From an uncultured bacterium (lineage in GTDB: Bacteria; Hydrothermota; Tepidihabitantia; Tepidihabitantales; Tepidihabitantaceae), in the NCBI GenBank assembly GCA_964626075.1, contig CAZVDD010000020.1, positions 2,944 to 66,943 of the forward strand: 64,000 bases of DNA. The letters are read 5' to 3'. A program made the translations under genes and the position numbers. Shown here piece after piece: positions 41,224-51,140 of the stretch; positions within the stretch are counted from its first letter, which is position 1, and every line of letters starts with the position of its first letter. Under the pieces are notes generated by a model. The model saw only the letters and a list, made by a program, of their open reading frames with translations, did no database searches and had not been told where the DNA came from.

Positions 41224-43388
41224 TAACGAAACTCCCGCCCCAGGGAGATAAAAATTCGCACCCCACCGGGATGGGGCGGCTTTTTTAGAAAATTACCCAG
41301 CCCGACAACCGCCTTTGCCGGACCGAGCGGCGTGTTTGATAGTATCCCGACACCCACACCCCAGTGCATCATATCCCGTATCTCTTTTTCCCTCAAAACA
41401 AGCGTCTCGGGCGGAGAAAATGTTGCGCCATTTGCCATAAGCTCCAGATACAAGGGATAATTACCCTGTCGGGAAAAGTCAAACAATTTGAATCGCAACC
41501 CTCCCCCCAGATACAGCCGCTGTTCGTTAGTCCACTCATCTGGTGCAAAACCGACGAGTTCGGTGCGGTTGCGAAAATAATTAAAAAACGCCATATCACC
41601 CAGCGCCCAACCCAACCCGCCGAACAATCGCAATCCCAGAAAAGAAAGCAGCGGTACCATCTGCTCGCCGTTTATGTCAACCCGGAGATTCTCCCGGCCA
41701 CTTTTTAACCGGGGCCAACTGTAAAATAGGTTCAACTTGTACGCGAGCCCGCGCCGGGGTAAATAAATATCATCCTGATTGTTAAATTCAAGGGTAAACA
41801 TTGGACCAATTATCAGTTCTGGTTTCAAACTGTCGACAACCACGCCGGCATAAGAAACCCTTTCCCCTTGAACCCCAAGGTTAAAAAACCCGTTACGGCC
41901 CAGAATGTATCCGGCGGCCGCGACCGCACCATTGTAATTAACAAAATAGCTGGAAGAAAACACCCCATCTTGCCACCAGTTACGGCTCTCGCGCCCTAAA
42001 AACCAGTCAAGCCGATATCCAAAAGGCAGATTGAACACTTTTGTGCCGGTTAACCCCAGCCGCACCTCATTCGGATTACCCAGCACACCAGCGGCACGCG
42101 CCATTGCGCCTGTTCCCCACAAATTACCCTCGCCGATTTCGGCTCCAACCACCACATTGTCGTAACTGTCGTATCGCAAACCAAGCAAATAGAACCCGTA
42201 GGGTTTCTCGCTCAACTCAAACACCACCTCAACACTATCAACACCCGTAAACTCCAGCCGGTAATTAACATCTTCAAATAGCGAACTGTTAAACAGCCGT
42301 TCCAGGTCGGAAAGGAGGATGTCGAAATCCAGCCGCGCGCCTTCTTTAATACGCACCTCCCGGCGCAGAAGCGACTCTTTGGTCCTGCGCGTACCCTCAA
42401 ATCTAACAACCTTTACCACCGGCAACATCCTGAACTTAATTGCCCGGCGCATCACCACCGGCGTCCGTCCCTGCAACTTCGCTCTTATTAAAGGCAGTGC
42501 CGCCCGCGCCGCCGACTCACCAGCGGCAATTAACTCTTTAGCCCGGGCGAAATCTGAATGTAAAAATTTTGAAACATCAGGCTCAATCACCACATCGGCG
42601 AGTCTCTTTTCCTCCTCCACCCGACTGAAACCCATCAAATCTACACTCCTTGACGCAACATCGATCAGCGATGCCTCCCGGGCTTCGCCCCGGCGCATCG
42701 TTAGCACCGCAATGACAAAATCGGGTTCAAATTCGAGCACCGGCTCAACCGGCAGATATTCCATTACACCACCATCAACCAGTTCTACCCCGTTAATCAC
42801 CTCGGGCGAGAAAACGCCGGGAATCGCAATGCTTGCCCTGATTGCCTGCTCGAGCCGCCCCTGCCGTAATATCACCCTCTTTCCCGCCTTCCAATCCACC
42901 GCCACCACCCGATAAGGAATCGGCAGACTGTCAAAATCGTAGCCGGTATGAAACTCAATATCTGCCAGTAACCGATTAAGCAAAAACTCTACATTTTGGA
43001 GAGGCACCAGCCCACTCGGCAAATAGGGCACAAAATTTCGCTGGCGCAATTGCACCACATACCGTTGTGCCTGTTGCCGTTCCGGCAGGTACTGGGCACC
43101 AAAACTTGGCTGCGAAGAAAAAAGCCGGTCCCAGTCAGCATGCAAAGCGATGCTTTCAATCCGCGCGGCACTGTACCCCGCAGCATAAACGCCGCCCACT
43201 AACGAACCCATACTATTCCCGGCAATGCCAATAAACCCTATACCTTCTTCTTCTAAAACCTTCAATACCCCGATGTGCGCAAGCCCCAGAGCCGCACCAC
43301 CAGAAAGTGCCAGTCCGATACGCACCGGCTGGGCAAAAACGATGCCCGCAAACAATAAAAACAGAAAAGCCCGCTTCACAACAACCAT
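41214..43388 (-). CDS. patatin-like phospholipase fused to an Omp85-type beta-barrel (PlpD-like, type Vd autotransporter architecture)
   Basis: Signal peptide. Patatin motifs GGAALG, GNSMGS (GxSxG) and DGG. This is followed by a POTRA-like segment and a C-terminal beta-barrel-like region. Confidence 0.75.
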   Translation of the reverse strand: MVVVKRAFLFLLFAGIVFAQPVRIGLALSGGAALGLAHIGVLKVLEEEGIGFIGIAGNSMGSLVGGVYAAGYSAARIESIALHADWDRLFSSQPSFGAQYLPERQQAQRYVVQLRQRNFVPYLPSGLVPLQNVEFLLNRLLADIEFHTGYDFDSLPIPYRVVAVDWKAGKRVILRQGRLEQAIRASIAIPGVFSPEVINGVELVDGGVMEYLPVEPVLEFEPDFVIAVLTMRRGEAREASLIDVASRSVDLMGFSRVEEEKRLADVVIEPDVSKFLHSDFARAKELIAAGESAARAALPLIRAKLQGRTPVVMRRAIKFRMLPVVKVVRFEGTRRTKESLLRREVRIKEGARLDFDILLSDLERLFNSSLFEDVNYRLEFTGVDSVEVVFELSEKPYGFYLLGLRYDSYDNVVVGAEIGEGNLWGTGAMARAAGVLGNPNEVRLGLTGTKVFNLPFGYRLDWFLGRESRNWWQDGVFSSSYFVNYNGAVAAAGYILGRNGFFNLGVQGERVSYAGVVVDSLKPELIIGPMFTLEFNNQDDIYLPRRGLAYKLNLFYSWPRLKSGRENLRVDINGEQMVPLLSFLGLRLFGGLGWALGDMAFFNYFRNRTELVGFAPDEWTNEQRLYLGGGLRFKLFDFSRQGNYPLYLELMANGATFSPPETLVLREKEIRDMMHWGVGVGILSNTPLGPAKAVVGLGNFLKKPPHPGGVRIFISLGREFRYQR

Positions 43389-43440
43389 TTTAATCTTTGA
43401 AACCTATCTGTCCAGTTGCCGCATTTCTTACCGCTACCCG

Positions 43441-43469
43441 TTGAAATTTTAGCAAACCGGTGTTATAAT
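43441..43469 (+). promoter_or_regulatory. sigma-70-type promoter for RNase P RNA
   Basis: TTGAAA (43441-43446), 17-nt spacer, TATAAT (43464-43469), 6 nt before the RNA 5' end. Confidence 0.7.
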
Positions 43470-43475
43470 TAAAAC

Positions 43476-43843
43476 GAAGGCGGGTCGGACGGTCGCTCCT
43501 GATTTCCAGGAGAGGAAAGTCCGGGCACCGAAGGGCAGGACACTCGCTAACGGCGAGGCTCCGGCTGGGTGACCAACCGGGGACGGAAAGTGCCACAGAA
43601 ACGACACCGCCCCGCACCTTTTGTGTAGGGTAAGGGTGAAACAGTGCGGTAAGAGCGCACTATCCGGTGTGGTGACACATCGGATGGGTAAACCCTGTCC
43701 GGTGCAAGACCAAATTGGGAATCGGACCGGCCCGGTCCAGATGATTCCCGGGTAGGTCGCTTGAGACCGCGGGTAACCGCCGGTCCCAGAGAAATGACCG
43801 TCACCCGTAAGGGAGACAGAACCCGGCTTACAGGCCCGCCTTC
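43476..43843 (+). ncRNA. rnpB: RNase P RNA, bacterial type A
   Basis: P1 helix GAAGGCGGG... / ...CCCGCCTTC. Universally conserved GAGGAAAGTCCGGGC (P4 5' strand) and ACAGAACCCGGCTTA (P4 3' strand). AGGGTGAAA and GGTAAGAGCGCAC elements are also present. Confidence 0.95.
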
Positions 43844-43962
43844 AAAAAATCTTCTTTTACTTGCCCCCCTCAATGAGCCCGCTGTATTTTTTTATCCTGA
43901 ATTTGACTTAACTGTTATTTGTTATAACATTTTTCCTTTAAAAATTAAAAGGACTATCGTGC

Positions 43963-45909
43963 GTGATTAAACTCGAGCGATTTTTCTTTCACAACCTGGC
44001 GCTGGACATAGCCGGCACCACAAACCAGGAAGAGATTTTTCGCCTCGCCGCCGCACGACTGGCGGGCGACGGTGTCATTGCCGATGCCGGCACCCTGGTT
44101 AAAGAGTTAAAAGAGCGGGAAACTCTCGGCTCAACCGGTGTTGGTTCGGGCATTGCTCTTCCTCATGTGATAAGTCCCAACGTTCTAAAACCGGCAATTA
44201 TCGTATTTCGGCTCGAAAAACCGCTTGAATGGCATGCCATCGACCACGAACCGGTGCAACTGATTGTCCTGCTCGTTGCCCCGGAAAAAGACCGTAACCT
44301 CTACCTTGTCCTTCTGGCTGAGGTCGCCCGTTCCTTAAACACTCCCCACATTCGCAGCGCTGCCTTGAAAGCAAAAGACGCTCATACCGCATCCAAGATT
44401 ATTTCCCAGCCACCCCATCAGGGTTTTTTCAAACGCAACCGGCGTCTGATTTTTTTCTTTGGTTTAGTCCTTTTGGTCTTTTTCGTCGCCCGAGCTGTTT
44501 TACCGTTAATCCGGTTGCCCGAATCCGGAATTTACCAGGAACTGGGCTATCTCCATTTCAACAATCCCGAATGGCTTTTCCGGCAGGAACTGACTATCAC
44601 TCTTTTCCTGGCGATGATTTTTGGTACCTTGCTCTTCTGGCGGTTTCGCGTGGCAATCGCTGCCGCAGCACTGGGTATCTTACTCCTTGTTGGCGTAATG
44701 GATTTGGAACGGACGGTAAAGTTCATGTCGATTCCAACCATTCTCTTCATAATGGCGATGATGGTCATCGTCCGCTGGCTCCAGAATATCGGGGTATTTC
44801 GCTTTTTAGTTGTCAAGGCCATCCAAAAAGTAAAAGGCGTGCCCTGGCTTTTACTGCTACTACTGATGGGGTTTTCAGTACTCCTAGGTGGTTTTGCCGA
44901 TGAAGTCTCAGCAATACTTGTTACCTTTGGTCTGGCACTGGAAATTTCCCGCCGCACCCGTGCCCCGCTCGTGCCTTTCCTCCTCGCGCTCGTTTTTGCC
45001 ACCAATGTTGGTTCGGCATTGACACTGGTTGGTAACCCGATTGGGGTTTACATCGCCTTTGCCGGAGGATTAAGTTTTGAAGACTTTTTCCGCTGGGCAA
45101 CACCGGTTTCGGCAATCACCGCGGTGATTATCGCTCTCCTCTGCCTCGTGCTTTATCGGCGTCACTTCTTTGGCACCCGTTATGAGATTAACCCGGAAGA
45201 ACTGGAAAAAGCAACCGGTCTCATTGACCGGACAAAGCTGCGTACTGGTATCATCACATTTACCGTTACGGTTCTTTTAATCGCTCTGCACCGCCGGCTC
45301 GAGCTCTGGTTCAATTTAGGTGAAGGCACCGCCCTGGTTGCTGTTGCCCTTGCCGCTACCGGTTTTATAATCTTTTACGAGCAAGAAAAAGGCCGCATTC
45401 TCATTGAAAGAGGGATTGACTGGTGGACTTTACTTTACTTTATGTTTCTTTTCGCTAATGCCGCCTGCCTTGAATACACCGGCGTGACGACTAAACTGGG
45501 TTATCTGGTTTTACGTTTTTCGGAAACTATTGCCGGCACCAATGCGGTTGGTGGCAGCATGACCACAACAAGTGTCGCTCTGCTTCTGTGGTTTTCGGGC
45601 ATCGCTTCAGGTTTCGTTGACAACCTACCGATTGTTGCCGCTCTGGCACCGGTAGTGAAAGACCTGACCCGATTCGGTCTGCCCCACGCCTCAATCCTCT
45701 GGTGGGCTTTGCTGTTCGGTGGTTGTTTCGGCGGCAACCTCACCTTAATCGGCTCCACCGCCAACCTTGTAGCGGTGGGTGCCTTTGAACGGGCAAGCGG
45801 CCAACACATCCGCTTTGGCGAATGGATTCGGGTTGGCGCAATCGTTACCGCCGCCGCCCTCCTCGTTGCCACAGTCGCTCTCTTTATCCAGATTCCAATG
45901 GCACCGTAA
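43963..45909 (+). CDS. PTS EIIA(Ntr)-type domain fused to an ArsB/NhaD/SLC13-superfamily anion permease
   Basis: GTG start. The N-terminal ~150 aa carry the GSGIALPH phosphorylation-site motif. About 11 predicted hydrophobic helices follow. Confidence 0.75.
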   Translation: MIKLERFFFHNLALDIAGTTNQEEIFRLAAARLAGDGVIADAGTLVKELKERETLGSTGVGSGIALPHVISPNVLKPAIIVFRLEKPLEWHAIDHEPVQLIVLLVAPEKDRNLYLVLLAEVARSLNTPHIRSAALKAKDAHTASKIISQPPHQGFFKRNRRLIFFFGLVLLVFFVARAVLPLIRLPESGIYQELGYLHFNNPEWLFRQELTITLFLAMIFGTLLFWRFRVAIAAAALGILLLVGVMDLERTVKFMSIPTILFIMAMMVIVRWLQNIGVFRFLVVKAIQKVKGVPWLLLLLLMGFSVLLGGFADEVSAILVTFGLALEISRRTRAPLVPFLLALVFATNVGSALTLVGNPIGVYIAFAGGLSFEDFFRWATPVSAITAVIIALLCLVLYRRHFFGTRYEINPEELEKATGLIDRTKLRTGIITFTVTVLLIALHRRLELWFNLGEGTALVAVALAATGFIIFYEQEKGRILIERGIDWWTLLYFMFLFANAACLEYTGVTTKLGYLVLRFSETIAGTNAVGGSMTTTSVALLLWFSGIASGFVDNLPIVAALAPVVKDLTRFGLPHASILWWALLFGGCFGGNLTLIGSTANLVAVGAFERASGQHIRFGEWIRVGAIVTAAALLVATVALFIQIPMAP

Positions 45910-45928
45910 ATAAAAGGGAGAAAATAAA

Positions 45929-46342
45929 ATGTTTAGCCGGATTCTCTATATCATCAGCGAGAAACAAGAAGAAAAACACCAGGTCATGGAATTTGCGTCC
46001 CAGCATCAAAGTACCGTGCTCCTTTCTGCGGTCAGTCCAGTCGCAGAATGTCCTCCGCCCCTTAGTGAGGGCGAGACGCGTCAGGCGGTGCGAAGAGAGG
46101 AGCACGAACGCCGTTGCTGGCAGGACATCTACCGGCTGGAAGACGAGTTTAAAAAATCCGGTATCAAGGCATCGGTCGTTGCTCAGCTCGGCACCATTGA
46201 CAACCTTCAGTCGCTTGTCAACGCCACCCGCTGCGACCTGGTTATTCTGCCAACTAATATTCTCGAGGAGTTTGACTTCAAACTACCCGAAGACCTCCTG
46301 CCTAATCTCCCCTGCCCCTTGCTATTAATCAACAACCCCTGA
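45929..46342 (+). CDS. universal stress protein (UspA)-like protein
   Basis: 137 aa after an AGGGAG SD. The pattern is weakly Usp-like (ILYIIS..., CDLVILP); I consider the assignment tentative. Confidence 0.5.
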   Translation: MFSRILYIISEKQEEKHQVMEFASQHQSTVLLSAVSPVAECPPPLSEGETRQAVRREEHERRCWQDIYRLEDEFKKSGIKASVVAQLGTIDNLQSLVNATRCDLVILPTNILEEFDFKLPEDLLPNLPCPLLLINNP

Positions 46343-46537
46343 AATGTCTCAGCCTGCCGATAGCCTGTTACCAATACCGGCTTTTATCCTGAAACATACC
46401 CTTGGCGGGAAAAAATCAAACTATGCAATCTAACGCCCTACTTGCCCGTTACGCAATCCTCACCCTGGTTACAATAACATTTGCCCCAATGCTGCTCTAT
46501 TACAGAACTTCCTATCCCCCTGAATAAACAAACAGTT

Positions 46538-48397
46538 ATGAAGAAAAAGGGCATCAACAAAGGGGGCAAGCCCCGGGCTGCTACCCATACCGCTCTCCCG
46601 CCTGCGGTTCATCAACCCTTCAATTTTCTCTCACTTCTGCCTGTGGTCCCGGTGCTCCTCACCCTCATTATCCGTATTCTGTTCATCCTTGAAGCGCGCC
46701 ATCTACCATTTTCCTGGGTATCGCCTTATGTCGTGGACTCCTGGGCTTATCATCGCTGGGCACTGGAAATTGTAAACGGTGATTTCTGGGGCTCAGAAGT
46801 CTTCTTCCTACGACCCATCTATCCTTACCTGCTCGCTCTTCTCTATAAAGTTTTCGGGCCGAAGGTGTTTATCGTTCAGGTGTTCCAGACCCTCCTTGCT
46901 ACCGCATCCTGTTTCCTGCTCTACCGCTGTACCGAAAAAATATTTAACCGGTCTGCCGCTTTTGTCGCCGGCATCGGTTTCGCTCTATGTGGAACGCTAA
47001 CTTTTTATACCGGCGCCCTGCTCTATGTCGAAATCACCATATTTTTCAGTCTCCTCACGCTGTATCTCATTACCGCTCGCCGCTTACCATTACCAACTTA
47101 TCGACTCGTTTTGGCCGGCATAACCTTTGGACTGCTGGTCATCTGCCGACCGGAACTTTTGCTCCTTGAACCTCTTTTACTGATTTATCTCCGGCAGAAT
47201 AAAACCTCACTCAAAGGAGTCGCTCTGTTCAGCCTAACTTCGCTGCTGACGATTGGCATCGTGCCCCTGCGGAACTTTGCGGTCGCCCGCGACCCGATTT
47301 TCTTTACCGCCCACTCCGGCATCAACTTTTACTACGGCAACAACCCTTCGGCGGACGGTACCTGGCAATCCCCGCCCGAACTTTCCACCGGATTGGGTTT
47401 CTCCCACGAACGGCTAAAGAAAGTCGCAAAAGTAGTCGAAGGCAAAGAGTTAAACTGGTCCCGGGCTTCAAGTTACTGGACAAAAAAAGGGATAAACTAC
47501 ATTCTCACCCACCCCTTGAAATGGCTCCAACTGCTCATCAGAAAGTTTCTGCTATTCTGGAGTAACTACGAAATCCCCAATAACTACTACCCGGAAACGG
47601 TGCGCCCATTTTCCCGTGTATTAAAAATCGCCCTTATCAATTACGGCCTGGTCGCGGCACTGGGCATCATCGGTATGTTTTTCGCAAGACGCAACCGCCG
47701 GGCTTTGCCAGTTTATCTTTTCGTTTTTGGCTATCTCGGTTCCGCGCTTATTTTTTATGTCCTGTCCCGGTTACGCGCCCCGGTTATCCCATTCCTGTTG
47801 ATGTTTACCGGTTATGCTGTTACAGAGATTTACCAACTTCGCCATGCGCAGAAGAGAAGGGTTGGTATTGTCAGCCTTGGTGCCACTGCCCTCCTCTATT
47901 TCGCAACAAACCTTATCCCGATTAACCGTAACCCTTATTCGGCGCAAGCCTGGACCCAACTGGGTAACATCTACCTTGAGAGACACCGCGCCGCTTCGGC
48001 AATTGAGGCGCTCAATCTTGCCCTCCAGTTTGACCAAGACAACGCCGCTGCCCGCTACAGCCTGATTCTCGCCTACGCCAGCGTGCGCCGTGTCCCTGAA
48101 GCAGAAAGGGAACTTTTCACCCTCACCCAAAACCACCCCGATGCCCGGGAATTACACCATCTTGCCGCTGCTCGCATCGCAATTGCCACCCGTGATTTCA
48201 ACCGCGCCATCCAGCATTATCATGCCGCACTTGAACACGACTTGAACAATCCGGAGACGTTGTATCTACTGGGAATGGTCTTCATCAGTATTAACAAACT
48301 AGACAGCGCCGAATTTTACCTTAAACGGGCAACGCTTCTCGACCCTTGGCACGATGCCGCCCAAAACGCGCTGGCAATGTTAAGGACAAAAAGATGA
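46538..48397 (+). CDS. family 39 (ArnT/PMT-like) glycosyltransferase with a C-terminal TPR domain
   Basis: Start taken at MKKKGINKG (46538). About 10 TM helices, then a soluble TPR tail (AWTQLGNIYL..., LYLLGMVF...). Confidence 0.7.
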   Translation: MKKKGINKGGKPRAATHTALPPAVHQPFNFLSLLPVVPVLLTLIIRILFILEARHLPFSWVSPYVVDSWAYHRWALEIVNGDFWGSEVFFLRPIYPYLLALLYKVFGPKVFIVQVFQTLLATASCFLLYRCTEKIFNRSAAFVAGIGFALCGTLTFYTGALLYVEITIFFSLLTLYLITARRLPLPTYRLVLAGITFGLLVICRPELLLLEPLLLIYLRQNKTSLKGVALFSLTSLLTIGIVPLRNFAVARDPIFFTAHSGINFYYGNNPSADGTWQSPPELSTGLGFSHERLKKVAKVVEGKELNWSRASSYWTKKGINYILTHPLKWLQLLIRKFLLFWSNYEIPNNYYPETVRPFSRVLKIALINYGLVAALGIIGMFFARRNRRALPVYLFVFGYLGSALIFYVLSRLRAPVIPFLLMFTGYAVTEIYQLRHAQKRRVGIVSLGATALLYFATNLIPINRNPYSAQAWTQLGNIYLERHRAASAIEALNLALQFDQDNAAARYSLILAYASVRRVPEAERELFTLTQNHPDARELHHLAAARIAIATRDFNRAIQHYHAALEHDLNNPETLYLLGMVFISINKLDSAEFYLKRATLLDPWHDAAQNALAMLRTKR

Positions 48398-48439
48398 AGC
48401 CCGGTCCTGAATACAAAAAATTGACATCGTTCCCAATCG

Positions 48440-50173
48440 TTGCTAAATGTTAACGTGGCAGCAATAGTTCCCAATCACCACTGGAAAATAACCTCTCCTC
48501 CACCTGGCGCCGTCGAGCCACTTGCCGCCGCTGCCCGAGTACCTCCGCTTATCGCTCAACTGCTCTATCAGCGCGGTTGCCGCACCCCCGAGTCAATCGA
48601 TGAGTTTTTAAACCCTTCGGCATCTCGTCTGCACCGACCGGAGACACTGCCCGACATTGCCCGGGCAACAGAACGTATCATCGCCGCCTTGGAGAAAAAG
48701 GAACCAATCCTTGTTTATGGTGATTACGATGTTGACGGCGTCTGTGGTACCGCACTGCTGGTAAGCGCGTTAAAAAATTTAGGGGGAGAAGTACTCGCCT
48801 ATCTTCCGCACCGCGCAAGCGAAGGTTACGGCGTATCCCTTGCCGCTATTGAATTCGCCCGCACCCACAATATCAGGCTGATTATCACCAACGATTGTGG
48901 CTCCTCAGACATCGAAGCCCTGAATCTGGCGCGGGCGGCAAAAATTGATGTCATCGTCACCGACCATCATGAAATTGGCCCCCAACCGCCTCCGGTGCTG
49001 GCATTTGTAAATCCCAAGCGCCCTGATTCCCAGTATCCATTTCGGGAACTCGCCGGTAGCGGTGTCGCCTTCAAACTCGCCTGGCATCTCCTTTCAACGT
49101 TGGGTCGGTCCAAACAAGAACTGATCGCCCTCCTTGACCTTGCCGGATTGGGAACAATCGCCGATGTTGTCCCGTTAGTGGGTGAAAACCGTCTTATCGC
49201 CCGGCTCGGTCTTATCGCCCTTAACCAGACGACCCGTCCTGGAATCAGAATGCTAATTGAATCCAGCCGGCTGAAGTCAAAAATTTTAACCGCCCGCGAC
49301 ATCAGTTTCGTCCTTGCCCCGCGCATCAACGCCGCCGGCCGCGTTGGTCACGCCCAGACCGCTTTAGAGCTGCTCCTTACCGATGACGAAACTCGCGCCC
49401 GGACAATTGCCTGTGAACTGGAAACACTGAACCGCACCCGTCAGGCCCTTGAGGACCAGATTGTCAATGAAGCCAGCACCTTTATCGATGCCGAAAAAAT
49501 GGCGGAAAACCGCGTGCTGGTCCTTGCCCAGCCGGGTTGGAACGAAGGGGTAATTGGCATCGTTGCTGCCCGGCTGGTCGAACGGTTCTGGTGCCCCTGC
49601 ATTATGATTGCCTTGAAAAAAGAAATCGGTAAAGGTTCAGGCCGTTCTGTGACTGGATTCAACCTTTATGAGGCTCTGCACCACTGCTCAGAACACCTCG
49701 TCGCCTATGGCGGTCACCGCTACGCCGCCGGGTTGAAGATATTACCGGAAAGGGTACCAAGCCTTCGGACCGCCCTCAACCGTTTTGCGGCCGAACTGCC
49801 GGAAGAGATTTTCCAACCCACTTTACATATCGAAGCGGTCGCAAGCCTGAACGAGGTGGACGAAAATTTGCTCTCGCTCCTTGCCCGATTTGAACCGTTC
49901 GGACCTGAGAACCCGGAACCGGTTTTTGCGTCACTTGGTTTAGAAGTGGTTGGCTATCCGCGCCGTGTCGGGCGGGATAAAGCCCATCTGAAATTCCGCG
50001 TCCGTTCGGGTAATAAAGTCCTCGACGCCATTGCCTGGCAAAGAAGCAACGAACTGCTGAACCTCGAAATCGGCAAACCCGACCACCTTGACATCTGTTA
50101 TACCGTAACTCGCGACAGCTATGCGGGTCACGCTAAAGTCCAGTTAAATATTATCGATTTGAGAACAAAATAA
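48440..50173 (+). CDS. recJ: single-stranded-DNA-specific exonuclease RecJ (paralog 2); start uncertain
   Basis: GDYDVDG, NDCG, IVTDHHE and YGGHRYAAG DHH/DHHA1 motifs. 577 aa. Confidence 0.85.
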   Translation: MLNVNVAAIVPNHHWKITSPPPGAVEPLAAAARVPPLIAQLLYQRGCRTPESIDEFLNPSASRLHRPETLPDIARATERIIAALEKKEPILVYGDYDVDGVCGTALLVSALKNLGGEVLAYLPHRASEGYGVSLAAIEFARTHNIRLIITNDCGSSDIEALNLARAAKIDVIVTDHHEIGPQPPPVLAFVNPKRPDSQYPFRELAGSGVAFKLAWHLLSTLGRSKQELIALLDLAGLGTIADVVPLVGENRLIARLGLIALNQTTRPGIRMLIESSRLKSKILTARDISFVLAPRINAAGRVGHAQTALELLLTDDETRARTIACELETLNRTRQALEDQIVNEASTFIDAEKMAENRVLVLAQPGWNEGVIGIVAARLVERFWCPCIMIALKKEIGKGSGRSVTGFNLYEALHHCSEHLVAYGGHRYAAGLKILPERVPSLRTALNRFAAELPEEIFQPTLHIEAVASLNEVDENLLSLLARFEPFGPENPEPVFASLGLEVVGYPRRVGRDKAHLKFRVRSGNKVLDAIAWQRSNELLNLEIGKPDHLDICYTVTRDSYAGHAKVQLNIIDLRTK

Positions 50174-50226
50174 CCGGACTAAAGCACTTTTACCGCTACG
50201 CCGAAAATTTATTTTAATGTCGGTCT

Positions 50227-50697
50227 TTACCAGCGGTAATGAGCAAAGGCACGGTTGGCTTCTGCCATCTTGTGGGTGTCTTCCCGTTTCTTCACCGCGC
50301 CCCCCTGCTTTCGGCTGGCATCGACCAACTCTCCTGCCAGCCGTTCAATCATTGTGTGCTCACTCCGACCGCGCGCGGACTCAACAATCCATTTTATCGC
50401 CAGGGCGTCCCGACGCTGCGGCGGCACCTCCATTGGAATCTGGTAGGTTGCACCGCCCACCCGCCTGGGCCGAACCTCAAGCACCGGTTTCACATTGTTA
50501 ATTGCCTTCTGGAACACCGCATACCCATCTTCCCCGGTACGCTCCTGTGCCAGCTCCAGTGCTTTGTAGAAAATCCGCTGCGCAACAGTTTTCTTTCCGT
50601 CCCACATCAGTTTGTTGATAAATCGGGCTACCAGTATTGAATTAAATCGCGGGTCCGGTGCTGGTGTCCGCCCCTTAAATTTACCTCGCCGCGCCAT
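50227..50697 (-). CDS. rpsG: 30S ribosomal protein S7
   Basis: 156 aa, a full-length match to the S7 pattern (MARRGK...VFQKAINNVKPVLEVRPRRVGGATYQIP). Confidence 0.97.
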   Translation of the reverse strand: MARRGKFKGRTPAPDPRFNSILVARFINKLMWDGKKTVAQRIFYKALELAQERTGEDGYAVFQKAINNVKPVLEVRPRRVGGATYQIPMEVPPQRRDALAIKWIVESARGRSEHTMIERLAGELVDASRKQGGAVKKREDTHKMAEANRAFAHYRW

Positions 50698-50732
50698 AAA
50701 CCTCCCTCAAGGTGTCGTCGTTAATTTTCATA

Positions 50733-51116
50733 CTATCCCGCCTGTCCTTTGGGCTTCTTGACTCCGTACTGACTGCGTGCCTGGCGTCTCCCTTCAACAC
50801 CGCCACAGTCGTAAACCCCGCGCACCACATGATACCGCACACCAGGTAGGTCTTTTACTCGGCCGCCCCGCACGAGTACAATCGAGTGCTCCTGCAGATT
50901 ATGGCCCTCGCCCGGAATGTAGGCGGTAACCTCATATCCCGATGTCAATCTCACTTTACACACCTTGCGCAGCGCCGAATTGGGCTTTTTGGGTGTCGTA
51001 GTGTATACCCGCACGCAGACACCGCGCCGCTGCGGACACCCCTTCAAAGCCGGGCTCTTGGAGCGGGCGCGTAACTGCTTGCGGGGTTTCCGCACCAGTT
51101 GATTAATCGTCGGCAT
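50733..51116 (-). CDS. rpsL: 30S ribosomal protein S12
   Basis: [10 protein letters not shown]...[11 protein letters not shown]...[15 protein letters not shown]. Confidence 0.97.
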   Translation of the reverse strand: MPTINQLVRKPRKQLRARSKSPALKGCPQRRGVCVRVYTTTPKKPNSALRKVCKVRLTSGYEVTAYIPGEGHNLQEHSIVLVRGGRVKDLPGVRYHVVRGVYDCGGVEGRRQARSQYGVKKPKGQAG

Positions 51117-51140
51117 AAGCCTCCTTAAAGTTTAACATCT

